Positions 1 to 8,119 are shown, counted from the first letter of the stretch. The stretch: DNA of 32,000 bases from Candidatus Arthromitus sp. SFB-rat-Yit (GCF_000283555.1 NC_016012.1:870001-902000), one strand, 5' to 3'. Notes: generated by a model from the sequence alone, not told the origin. Numbers and translations are program-made.

Positions 1-585
1 ATCATACATAAGTTCAATCCCCGTGAGACCTCTTCCATCAATATCAGTTGATCCAAGTACATGAGATAAATACGCATTGTTTGGATAATATCTTTTTGTA
101 TCAGGTGAAACAATTATTCCTGATATGTTAAGCTCTTGAACTTTATCTACTTTTTGCTTTTCAACCCTTCTTATCAAATAAGCTGAACCTGCTGGATTAC
201 CTTTACTATCTTTGGTATTTAATACTCTTAAAACTTTTTGCTCATCCATTTCTAAAGAAGCAGCTATTTTAGGTGCAATATCTTCATATGTTAAAGAATT
301 TTTTTCCAAATATTCACGTATAGTTTTTAAATCTAAATCTACACGGTAAACATTAGCACTAACAGCCAACTCTTTTAAATTTCTATCTAAAATCGCCCCT
401 CTCCTCGCTTGAATTTTCACTGAACTAGTCCATTGATTTTCTGCTATTGCGTAATATTCATCACCTTTTATAATCATAACCCTAAAAAGATTCACTAAAA
501 TGACTAATATCAAAAAGTAAAATATAAACATAGTCACTAATGCCCTTTTCTTCATCATGAATCTATCAGTAAACTTATGTTTCAT
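1..585 (-). CDS. Penicillin-binding protein 2 / SpoVD-FtsI-like transpeptidase, N-terminal part (runs off window edge)
   Basis: My own minus-strand translation from ATG at 585: MKHKFTDRFMMKKRALVTMFIFYFLILVILVNLFRVMIIKGDEYYAIAENQW...RRGAILDRNLKELAVSANVYRV...YYPNNAYLSHVLGSTDIDGRGLTGIELMYD; TM segment plus PBP dimerisation-domain motifs; located directly downstream of ftsL/rsmH. Confidence 0.9.
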   Translation of the reverse strand, partial: MKHKFTDRFMMKKRALVTMFIFYFLILVILVNLFRVMIIKGDEYYAIAENQWTSSVKIQARRGAILDRNLKELAVSANVYRVDLDLKTIREYLEKNSLTYEDIAPKIAASLEMDEQKVLRVLNTKDSKGNPAGSAYLIRRVEKQKVDKVQELNISGIIVSPDTKRYYPNNAYLSHVLGSTDIDGRGLTGIELMYD

Positions 586-623
586 GTCTCACCTCTGTAA
601 AAATAAAGAATCTAGATGCTCCT

Positions 624-1046
624 TTAATTCTTTCCCGTTAATTTATCATACAGCTTAATAAGAAATGGTCTATCTGGTTCTTCTTTTACTTCAACATCAA
701 AATTATCTTTGTTCAAATCAACAATCACAAAATCTCCAAGTTTAGGTGGCGTCATTCCCAAAAATTCTGCATACTCCATAACCTTATCAAAGCCTTTTAA
801 ATTTAAAATCTCAAGTTGTAAACTTTCAAGCTCCTCCGTCAGATTACTAATTTGAGATTTCAAAACATTAACTTCCCTTTGTTTCTTATAAACCTTCGAA
901 CTTCCATTAATAAGAAAAGCACCACAAATAATAAAACATATAAACACGTAAAAAAAACTTCGTCTAACATAAATATTAAAGGAACGTTTCTTTACAAACA
1001 TCACCTCTTCTTCTTGATTATTAAAAATTTTTCTATTTTCTTCCAT
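624..1046 (-). CDS. ftsL: Cell division protein FtsL-like (single TM plus coiled coil)
   Basis: 140 aa, one TM helix (FFYVFICFIICGAFLING) followed by coiled coil; position between rsmH and the PBP gene. Confidence 0.75.
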   Translation of the reverse strand: MEENRKIFNNQEEEVMFVKKRSFNIYVRRSFFYVFICFIICGAFLINGSSKVYKKQREVNVLKSQISNLTEELESLQLEILNLKGFDKVMEYAEFLGMTPPKLGDFVIVDLNKDNFDVEVKEEPDRPFLIKLYDKLTGKN

Positions 1047-1080
1047 GTTTACTCACCTTTTAAGAAATTTATTACTTATT

Positions 1081-2019
1081 TTAATAAATTAATTTTTCTG
1101 CCACCCTCAATTTGGCCGAAGATGAACGTGAATTTTTGGAAATCTCTAAGCTTGATGGCAAAATAGGTTTCCTAGTTATGATTGATATTTCTTTTTTCTT
1201 TTCACATTTACAAATAGGAAAATCTTTTGGGCAAATACACTCAGTTGCCAAATAATTAAACGTGTTTTTCACTATCCTATCTTCTAAAGAATGGAAAGTT
1301 ATAATAGCAATGCGTCCCCCAATTTTCAAATTATTCACAGAATCAACTATTGTATTTTCTAATATTTCAAGTTCCCCATTGACCTCTATACGAAGTGCCT
1401 GAAAAACTTTTTTAGAAAGATGACCTCTCTTTTTTATTTCAAATCTTGGTATAGTATCGTCAATTAATTTAACTAAATCATGTGTTGTAGATATCTTGTT
1501 TAATTTTCTTGATTCAACGATTTTACGAGCTATTTTTTTATGATACTTTTCTTCTCCATAAACCCTAAATATGTGACTAAGTTTTTCTTCATCATACTCA
1601 TTTATGATATCATAAGCCGAAAAAGTTTGAGATGTATTCATTCTCATATCGAGCTTACCATTTCTTATATAACTAAATCCCCTTTCATCTGTATCAATTT
1701 GATATGAAGATACACCTAAATCCATTAAAATTCCATCGACCTTTTCTATTTCAAGAGTTTTAAGTATTAGATCAATATTTTTAAAATTATCCTGTACAAA
1801 ATTTATGTTGGTATGATTCGAAAATTTTTGTTTGCAATAATCAATTGCATACTGATCTTGATCTATCGCTATAAGTCTTCCCGTACTATGTAATCTATGT
1901 AAAATTTCCGCTGAATGTCCACCGCCTCCAAGGGTGCAATCAACATAAATTCCTTCCTTTTTTATATTAAGAGCATGGATACTTTCGTCAAGCATTACCG
2001 AAAAGTGATTGAACTGCAA
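1081..2019 (-). CDS. rsmH: 16S rRNA (cytosine1402-N4)-methyltransferase RsmH (MraW)
   Basis: Motifs SVMLDESI, YVDCTLGGGGHS, GILMDLGVSSYQID, ITFHSLEDRIVKN. Start codon appears to be TTG with a GGGG Shine-Dalgarno. Confidence 0.96.
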   Translation of the reverse strand: MQFNHFSVMLDESIHALNIKKEGIYVDCTLGGGGHSAEILHRLHSTGRLIAIDQDQYAIDYCKQKFSNHTNINFVQDNFKNIDLILKTLEIEKVDGILMDLGVSSYQIDTDERGFSYIRNGKLDMRMNTSQTFSAYDIINEYDEEKLSHIFRVYGEEKYHKKIARKIVESRKLNKISTTHDLVKLIDDTIPRFEIKKRGHLSKKVFQALRIEVNGELEILENTIVDSVNNLKIGGRIAIITFHSLEDRIVKNTFNYLATECICPKDFPICKCEKKKEISIITRKPILPSSLEISKNSRSSSAKLRVAEKLIY

Positions 2020-2108
2020 AATTTTTCCCCATTTCTATTTTTAACTAATTGTATATATTTTACTTAATTATATAAAAACCTTCTATAATCTTCAAAGTTT
2101 TTAATTAA

Positions 2109-2144
2109 TAAAACAAAAGCCGAACCGAATAAATAGGTTCAGCT
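2109..2144 (-). terminator. Rho-independent terminator after the M16 peptidase operon
   Basis: Minus strand AGCTGAACC-TATTTATTC-GGTTCGGCT (one G-U) followed by TTTTGTTTT. Confidence 0.7.
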
Positions 2145-2150
2145 AAATTC

Positions 2151-3407
2151 TTAAACTACTCTGGAATATACCATGTTAACTTCTTTAAAAATACTTTTAA
2201 ATTCAAATATAACATCATCGAGTGTAACTTTATTTAATTCATCAAAATAATCAAAGATATTCAAATTATTTTTTATAAGTTTAATCATAAGTTGCGAAAT
2301 ATGATCAATGTTGTTAAATAAATTAATATAATTCCCGTACATAGCTTTCTTAACTCGATCAAAAACAATCTTATCTTTTGAAAAATCATAATTATTATAA
2401 TGGTCAAACAAAATTTCTGGAAGATTTTTGAACAAATCACCATCACCACCAAATAAATAATGACCATACTCATTTTCGTTTATATAATCTGTATAATAGC
2501 TTCCGTTTATTATCCCATCTTTATAAATCTTTTCATAAAAGTTTGATGTCGCTCTAAAAAACATTCTATGTATCATCTCAAAAATTATAAATTTCTTAAC
2601 ATAATTTGTAGATCTAGTCACATCTTTAAATCCTATTAGATTCGTAGGCACGCTCATTTTCATATCCTGCTCTACATAATGCTTACTAATTTCATCAAAC
2701 ATATCAAATTTTTGTCTAACTATATTTTTACTAAATTTGTTTACAATGAATCTCTCTAGCATCTCTTTACACTCTTCTGCCTTAACATTACCGACCAAAA
2801 CTAAAAACATATTATTATTTGAATAAAATGTATTATAACAATCTTCCAAGTGACTCTTTTCTATAAGTTTTATTGTATTAACATCTCCGCCTATATCAAA
2901 TCTAACAGGATGATTATTATACATTGCAGAAAGTAAATTTCTATAAACTCTATTGTATGGATCATCGTCATACATTTTAAGTTCCTGTTCAATAATAGGC
3001 TTTTCTTTATCAACTCTCTCAGTTGTTAACTTTAAGTTGTAAATCATATCGCAAAGATACTCGAGCGACTTTTCAAAATTGTTGATAGTGCTAAAATAAT
3101 AATTCGTAATATTATTTGATGTATAAGCATTAACATCTGCACCAATATCCGAAAATTTTTTAAATACCTCATCATCACCCATACCATCAAACATTTTATG
3201 TTCCAAAAAATGAGCAATTCCCAATGGATATCTCTTAAATTCCTTTTCATCATTAAACTTAAATGAAATATCATTTGAACCATACTTTATAACAAAATAA
3301 GCTGATGCAATGGAAAATTCATTTTTTTCCATGACATAAACTTTAAGTCCATTTATCTCAAAACTTTTTACAGACTCCTTTAGTAAATCATTTTTCAAAA
3401 TTTTCAT
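2151..3407 (-). CDS. M16 family zinc metallopeptidase, catalytic (YmfH-like)
   Basis: HFLEHKMFDG gives the inverted zinc motif HxxEH; long M16 architecture. Confidence 0.88.
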   Translation of the reverse strand: MKILKNDLLKESVKSFEINGLKVYVMEKNEFSIASAYFVIKYGSNDISFKFNDEKEFKRYPLGIAHFLEHKMFDGMGDDEVFKKFSDIGADVNAYTSNNITNYYFSTINNFEKSLEYLCDMIYNLKLTTERVDKEKPIIEQELKMYDDDPYNRVYRNLLSAMYNNHPVRFDIGGDVNTIKLIEKSHLEDCYNTFYSNNNMFLVLVGNVKAEECKEMLERFIVNKFSKNIVRQKFDMFDEISKHYVEQDMKMSVPTNLIGFKDVTRSTNYVKKFIIFEMIHRMFFRATSNFYEKIYKDGIINGSYYTDYINENEYGHYLFGGDGDLFKNLPEILFDHYNNYDFSKDKIVFDRVKKAMYGNYINLFNNIDHISQLMIKLIKNNLNIFDYFDELNKVTLDDVIFEFKSIFKEVNMVYSRVV

Positions 3408-4636
3408 TCATTCATCTCCCCACAAGGTCTAACAGAAAATATCGCCGATTTAAATATTCTTTTTGAAACTTCTATTATTCTCCCTTTATCAACCTTATCT
3501 ATATTGTCTATAAATTCATCTACACCTATGTATTTATCAAAAATATATAACGGTGCAATAAATGCATGTATAGCAGAAATTCTATCATAAATGGACATCA
3601 AAATACGCCTTATTGTCATTTTAGCATTTTCTATTTCTAAATCCGTAATCTCTCCACTCTGCATACTCTCAATTTCTTTTAAAATAATTTCTTTTGTATA
3701 ATCCAAATTTTTATCATCAATTCCGCATTCAATTGAAATTAAACCTTTAAACTTTTCATAATAAGAATTTATATAATAAACAAGACTTTGTTTCTGACGA
3801 ACTTCTCTATAAAGTTTTGAATATCCACCACCCAAAATACAATTAAACACAAAAAAGGCATAATAATCACCGTTAAAAATCGTGATATCAGTTTTAAAGT
3901 TTATAACTAACTTTGTTTGTGTAACTTCATGGTTTTCAAATTCTTCAACAAAAGGAGTTTCTATAAATTTATTATTGTTTGTTGAAAACCTTTTTTGGAT
4001 ATTATCTCCAAATCTATCGCTGAGCATACTCTTTATTTTTTCTTCATCAAAATCGCCCATAACAATAAAATAATATGGAAGAGTCTTCAAATTTTCATAA
4101 TACTCATAGAGATTAAATTCATCAATTTTATCGAGACTCTCAATACTTCCATAAAAATGGTTTGCATATGGCTCATTTTTAGTAGATAACTGTTCGCATT
4201 TTATGTACGCATAATAACCCTTTGAGTCTACAATACTCAAAATATTTGAACGAAGATTTTCCTTCTCTATATCGAGGAAATCCTTTTTAAAACAATTTCC
4301 ATCATTTAAAGTGTTATAAAAAATTTCATATAAAAAATCAATCACATCTTCCCAAAGTGAAATATTTTCTATGATATATTTATCTTTCAAAAAACTTATG
4401 TAAATTGTAAATACAGCAACCTCTCCATATTTATTAAGATAACAATCAAATTGGGCTCCATACATCTCTTGAAGTTTGCTATAAAGTTTTTTGAATGAAT
4501 CGTACTTCTTTGATCCTACCTTAATCATTTCCGCTATCAAATTTAGATCCGTAATCTTTTCATCTAAATCAATTGGGATATTCAAACTAATGCTATTGGA
4601 CTTAAATTTATCATTTTTAATAAATTTTATGTTCAT
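3404..4636 (-). CDS. M16 family peptidase-like protein, non-catalytic partner (YmfF-like)
   Basis: M16-like sequence (VAVFTIYISF, QTKLVINFKTDI, GGGYSKLYREVRQKQSLVYYINS) but no HxxEH at the N-terminus; overlaps the catalytic gene by 4 nt. Confidence 0.85.
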   Translation of the reverse strand: MNIKFIKNDKFKSNSISLNIPIDLDEKITDLNLIAEMIKVGSKKYDSFKKLYSKLQEMYGAQFDCYLNKYGEVAVFTIYISFLKDKYIIENISLWEDVIDFLYEIFYNTLNDGNCFKKDFLDIEKENLRSNILSIVDSKGYYAYIKCEQLSTKNEPYANHFYGSIESLDKIDEFNLYEYYENLKTLPYYFIVMGDFDEEKIKSMLSDRFGDNIQKRFSTNNNKFIETPFVEEFENHEVTQTKLVINFKTDITIFNGDYYAFFVFNCILGGGYSKLYREVRQKQSLVYYINSYYEKFKGLISIECGIDDKNLDYTKEIILKEIESMQSGEITDLEIENAKMTIRRILMSIYDRISAIHAFIAPLYIFDKYIGVDEFIDNIDKVDKGRIIEVSKRIFKSAIFSVRPCGEMNE

Positions 4637-4667
4637 AAAAACAGAAACCTCGCTAACATTATTAAAT

Positions 4668-4696
4668 TTGACACAACAAAATTAATCATCTATAAT
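4668..4696 (+). promoter_or_regulatory. Consensus housekeeping-sigma promoter for the tRNA-Sec gene
   Basis: TTGACA (4668-4673), exactly 17 nt, TATAAT (4691-4696); predicted start just upstream of the tRNA 5' end at 4711. Confidence 0.88.
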
Positions 4697-4710
4697 ATCT
4701 AATATATCTT

Positions 4711-4807
4711 GGGGGTAGATGAGTTCTGGTGGACTTGCAAGTCTTCAAAACTATGTTATCGTGCTAATACCACGATAGGTGGGTTCGATTCCTACATACT
4801 CCCGCCA
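4711..4807 (+). tRNA. selC: tRNA-Sec (anticodon UCA)
   Basis: 97 nt: GGGGGTAGATGAGTTCTGGTGGACTTGCAAGTCTTCAAAACTATGTTATCGTGCTAATACCACGATAGGTGGGTTCGATTCCTACATACTCCCGCCA. 7-8 bp acceptor, 6-bp D-stem with 4-nt loop (4721-4736), anticodon loop CTTCAAA, 7-bp long variable arm (4757-4763/4771-4777), T-arm GTGGG-TTCGATT-CCTAC, encoded GCCA end. Anticodon stem is weak (3 clear pairs). Confidence 0.8.
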
Positions 4808-4818
4808 CTAATTGCAAT

Positions 4819-4850
4819 AAAAAGGCATATCTCACGATATGCCTTTTTTA
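4819..4850. terminator. Bidirectional terminator between tRNA-Sec and the secreted-protein gene
   Basis: AAAAAGGCATAT-CTCACG-ATATGCCTTTTTT. Confidence 0.88.
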
Positions 4851-4886
4851 TTGAAAAAATATAACATATAAAATAAAATAAATCAA

Positions 4887-5534
4887 TTATCTTTTTTGAT
4901 ATACAACTGTTGAAGTTCCACCATTACCTTCATAAGTTTTAGTGATACTATTGCCATCTTCAAGCACAGTAATCTTTGTTGTTGTATTATTCTTAGAGTC
5001 AGTTGTTTTAACCTCTTTTTTAAATTGTGATCCATCTTTAGTATTAGTAACTGTTACTTTCTTAGTTTTAGTTCCTCCGTCAATAGTATTATTACTAGTT
5101 AAAATTGTTGTACTATTACCTTGTTGATTTACAAATATATTTTTAGGAAGTCCATCTTTTGTCTTTGTTTCTATTTTAATCTGTCCTCCTAAGGGCACAC
5201 GAACAATTGTATATGGGCCATTATTAGGATTAATATTTTTTATAATACCATCTCTAGTTATTGTAGTAACATTAGATCCTGGTCTTACATTAAGAGTCTC
5301 GTCTCCCCCAGTACCACCTGTAAATTTTACTTTTACAGCATAACCTCCAAATGTATCTCCATTAATAAAAGGTGATTTACCTAAACCCTGTTTTACACCT
5401 GTCATTAATCTAAGCATAATCTGAGTAACTCCAACCTTCAGACTAGCCTGAGCTTCAACTTTAGTAAACAAACTAAAACAAGACGCTAATCCCACTACTC
5501 CTAAACAACTACCTAAATATTTTTTGTTCATCAT
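4887..5534 (-). CDS. Small secreted protein, paralog family member 1
   Basis: Signal peptide MMNKKYLGSCLGVVGLASCFSLFTKVEAQA; shared blocks FGG..., ETLNVRPGS, TKTKDGLPKNIFV; SD AGGAG upstream. Confidence 0.75.
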   Translation of the reverse strand: MMNKKYLGSCLGVVGLASCFSLFTKVEAQASLKVGVTQIMLRLMTGVKQGLGKSPFINGDTFGGYAVKVKFTGGTGGDETLNVRPGSNVTTITRDGIIKNINPNNGPYTIVRVPLGGQIKIETKTKDGLPKNIFVNQQGNSTTILTSNNTIDGGTKTKKVTVTNTKDGSQFKKEVKTTDSKNNTTTKITVLEDGNSITKTYEGNGGTSTVVYQKR

Positions 5535-5574
5535 ATTATGTCAACTCCTATATCCGATTAATAAAATGAGCTAA

Positions 5575-6249
5575 TTAATTATTTTCGTATATGATTACCG
5601 TCTTATCTCCACCATGATATTTAGTAGTAGTACCTTCAGGATTTCTAGTTACAGAACGAGCCGTAAGAGAATTTGAATCTCCAAGTGTCATAGTTACAAC
5701 AAGTGTTGTAGTTGAATCTTTTGTAGGATCAGTTGTTCTAACAGTTTTTGTGAGTTTTGACCCATTTCCACTACCAGTCACCTCATAAAATTTAAACTTA
5801 CTTCCCCCACCTACAGTAGTCTTATAAGTTGAAGCATCTACTGAACCATCACCATTTGGTTTTATAAGCATCGTCTTAGGAGAACCATTACTCGTAGTCG
5901 TATCTATCTTCAATTGACCTCCTGCAGGTAACATAATAGTTTTAGGTCCATTCCCAGTAACATTAATAGGAATATTATCACCATTTCCATTTATCAAAGT
6001 ATATTTAGATCCCGGTCTTAAATTAAGAGCAGAAGTATTATTTCCACTATCGTTCCCAACGAGCGTCTTAATAGAACTTCCTCCAAATACATTCTTTGTT
6101 ATAAATGAATTTCCATTACCCAAACCATATTTAGTCAAAGTGGAAAGAAGAGTAGGTCTAGCCTGAGCTTTAGTTCCAGGCAGAAGGCTACTAACAGCTG
6201 CTACCCCCCCCCATACTCCTAAACAGATTCCCAAATATTTTTTCTTCAT
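5575..6249 (-). CDS. Small secreted protein, paralog family member 2 (start moved to ATG at 6249; G9 tract in signal-peptide codons)
   Basis: MKKKYLGICLGVWGGVAAVSSLLPGTKAQA signal peptide; blocks FGGSSIKTL, SALNLRPGSK, TTSNGSPKTMLI, KTVIIYENN. ATG at 6249 aligns with paralog starts and has upstream GAGG. Confidence 0.75.
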   Translation of the reverse strand: MKKKYLGICLGVWGGVAAVSSLLPGTKAQARPTLLSTLTKYGLGNGNSFITKNVFGGSSIKTLVGNDSGNNTSALNLRPGSKYTLINGNGDNIPINVTGNGPKTIMLPAGGQLKIDTTTSNGSPKTMLIKPNGDGSVDASTYKTTVGGGSKFKFYEVTGSGNGSKLTKTVRTTDPTKDSTTTLVVTMTLGDSNSLTARSVTRNPEGTTTKYHGGDKTVIIYENN

Positions 6250-6313
6250 ATGTACTTTAACCTCAATACTTAAATTTTTATTTATTAATAAATTGTAACA
6301 CACTAATGAACAA
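6250..6313 (-). repeat. Conserved promoter/5'UTR block, copy A (upstream of member 2)
   Basis: Minus strand TTCATTAGTGTGTTACAATTTATTAATAAATAAAAATTTAAGTATTGAGGTTAAAGTACATATG; contains TG-T-TACAAT extended -10. Confidence 0.8.
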
Positions 6314-6355
6314 TTTTAAACCAAAACACCAAAATTAAATAATAAAATAAATCCA

Positions 6356-7030
6356 TTAACTATTTTCATATATAATTGTCATATTAATTCCATCGCTATA
6401 TCTTGTAATCCTCTCTTCTGGAGTTACGGTCACAGAACGAGCTGTACTGTTTGGATTTTCACTACCTCCCGTTACTATAGTAGTTGTTGTCGTTGAATTG
6501 TTCCGATCGTCTGTCTCTCTAATTATTTTTTCCATTTTTGAATCCACTCCCGTACCAGTCACAGTTAAGAACTTAATCTTAAATCCTCCATTATCATTTC
6601 GTTTTGAAGTTGTAAGAGTTACGCTATCAAAGCCAGTTTCTAATAACATAGTCTTAGGCATTCCATCCTTAGTTTTCGTATTTAATTGAACTTTTGAATC
6701 ATTCTGAGTGTTTAAATACATCAACGATCCTTCACCAGCTAAATCCATACTCGTTCTTGTTCCATCTTTATCTATTACAATTACCTTAGTTCCTACTCTC
6801 ACATTAAGAGCCGAAGGATCTCCTCCAGAATTTCCTACACGTATTTTATAAACATTCCCTCCAAATGGACCTCTAGTTAAAAAACCTCTAGACCCACCCA
6901 TCATAAGTTTTACCATACTAGATGTTGCTCCAAGTTTTGGAATAGCTTTAACATCAACTTTTGTCAAAAAACTAAACAAGGACACTATACCCAATGTACT
7001 CAGACAAGTGCCCAAATATTTTTTATTCAT
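6356..7030 (-). CDS. Small secreted protein, paralog family member 3 (start moved to ATG at 7030)
   Basis: MNKKYLGTCLSTLGIVSLFSFLTKVDVKA signal peptide; FGGNVYKIRVGN, SALNVRVGTK, TKTKDGMPKTMLL, MTIIYENS; upstream DNA nearly identical to member 2. Confidence 0.75.
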   Translation of the reverse strand: MNKKYLGTCLSTLGIVSLFSFLTKVDVKAIPKLGATSSMVKLMMGGSRGFLTRGPFGGNVYKIRVGNSGGDPSALNVRVGTKVIVIDKDGTRTSMDLAGEGSLMYLNTQNDSKVQLNTKTKDGMPKTMLLETGFDSVTLTTSKRNDNGGFKIKFLTVTGTGVDSKMEKIIRETDDRNNSTTTTTIVTGGSENPNSTARSVTVTPEERITRYSDGINMTIIYENS

Positions 7031-7096
7031 ATGTACTTTAAACCTCAATACTTAAAATATTTTTATTTGTTAATAGATTGTAACACACTAATGAAT
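7031..7096 (-). repeat. Conserved promoter/5'UTR block, copy B (upstream of member 3)
   Basis: Minus strand TTCATTAGTGTGTTACAATCTATTAACAAATAAAAATATTTTAAGTATTGAGGTTTAAAGTACATATG; near-identical to copy A. Confidence 0.8.
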
Positions 7097-7193
7097 AAAT
7101 TTAAATAAAAATAATAAAAGCATTTTTATTTTGATAATTTGTTTGGTATAATTTACTTAAAAATTTAAATTTTAAGGATAAAGATAGAATTAT

Positions 7194-8111
7194 ATGAACA
7201 AGTATTATTTAAAAACTTATATAGCTACATTTGGAGTAATGTCATCTTTTTGTTTTTTACCAAGCATCACTTCTAAAGCCACACCTTTAAGATCTACATC
7301 CAGAATTTTTAATGCTCTTTTAAGATTAGGTACTTCAAACGAATCGTTTGTAAAAAGATTAGGAGGCGGACGAGCTATCCTCACTCTAGATTACTCAGGT
7401 AATGGAAGCGGAAGAGGAATACCTGTACCGCCAAATTCCCTCGTCTTTATTGAAACTAAAGACGGGGTTAAATTAACTTCAACTACCACAAACGAAAAAA
7501 GTAAAAATATTTTATTAGATAGTGGTAGCTTCATCTATTACACTAAATTAAGTAAAAATGGTCAACCTTACAAAACTAAAGTAACAGTTGGGAGCAATTC
7601 CGTTACAGTCACTACACTTAAAAAAACTATTGACGGCTCAACAGTCAAAAAAGTCACAAAATTAACCGAGTCTTCTAATAAATATCCAGCAGGAAAAGTT
7701 CAACAAGACATTCACATGACTCCTTATCAAGGTAATTCTCTTACACATCGTTCGTATCAAAAATTAGATCTACATAATGAAAACAACTATACAAAATATG
7801 AAGAAACCAAAACCCCCGTTCACTTCACATCCAAATATGAAGATCCAAATAAATTAATTACAACAGAAAAACTTCCTGGATTTGATTATAAAAATACATT
7901 AATTAAAGCCACAGGTGAAACTCAAATCCAAGCTACAAATAAATTTGGAAGTGTAGTTACTACTACAAAAGGTGGTATAACTACAATACATAAATTTAAT
8001 ACAAATGGTGATCTAACTAAAGTATCTACTAAATCTCCTTCTGGACGTTCAGAAACAATATATAACTCTAGCGGAGCTATTGAATCTGGATACAAAATAA
8101 CTCACCATTAA
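7194..8111 (+). CDS. Small secreted protein, divergent and larger paralog member 4
   Basis: MNKYYLKTYIATFGVMSSFCFLPSITSKA signal peptide; Thr/Ser/Lys-rich beta-like body with SKNGQPYKTKVTV; TGGTATAAT extended -10 at 7144-7152; SD AAGGA. Confidence 0.7.
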   Translation: MNKYYLKTYIATFGVMSSFCFLPSITSKATPLRSTSRIFNALLRLGTSNESFVKRLGGGRAILTLDYSGNGSGRGIPVPPNSLVFIETKDGVKLTSTTTNEKSKNILLDSGSFIYYTKLSKNGQPYKTKVTVGSNSVTVTTLKKTIDGSTVKKVTKLTESSNKYPAGKVQQDIHMTPYQGNSLTHRSYQKLDLHNENNYTKYEETKTPVHFTSKYEDPNKLITTEKLPGFDYKNTLIKATGETQIQATNKFGSVVTTTKGGITTIHKFNTNGDLTKVSTKSPSGRSETIYNSSGAIESGYKITHH

Positions 8112-8119
8112 ACAAAAAC

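Noticed and set aside
4942-5127. Plus-strand 61-aa ORF (and similar 60-120 aa ORFs such as 852-1166, 10045-10230, 10966-11334, 12580-12792, 31515-31826) as real genes
   Set aside because: All lie antisense to well-supported coding genes, have low-complexity hydrophobic/Ser-Ile-rich translations and no recognisable motifs; typical shadow ORFs of AT-rich genomes.
4887-5534. Possible lipobox (LGSC, LGIC, LGTC) in members 1-3 of the secreted family
   Set aside because: The Cys is only about position 10, before the hydrophobic core ends, and each protein has a better Ala-x-Ala-type signal peptidase I site downstream; member 4 lacks the Cys.
4887-8111. Toxin-immunity or contact-dependent system
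   Set aside because: All four products look like secreted paralogs with no toxin domain, immunity-like membrane protein, leader processing motif or dedicated secretion gene.
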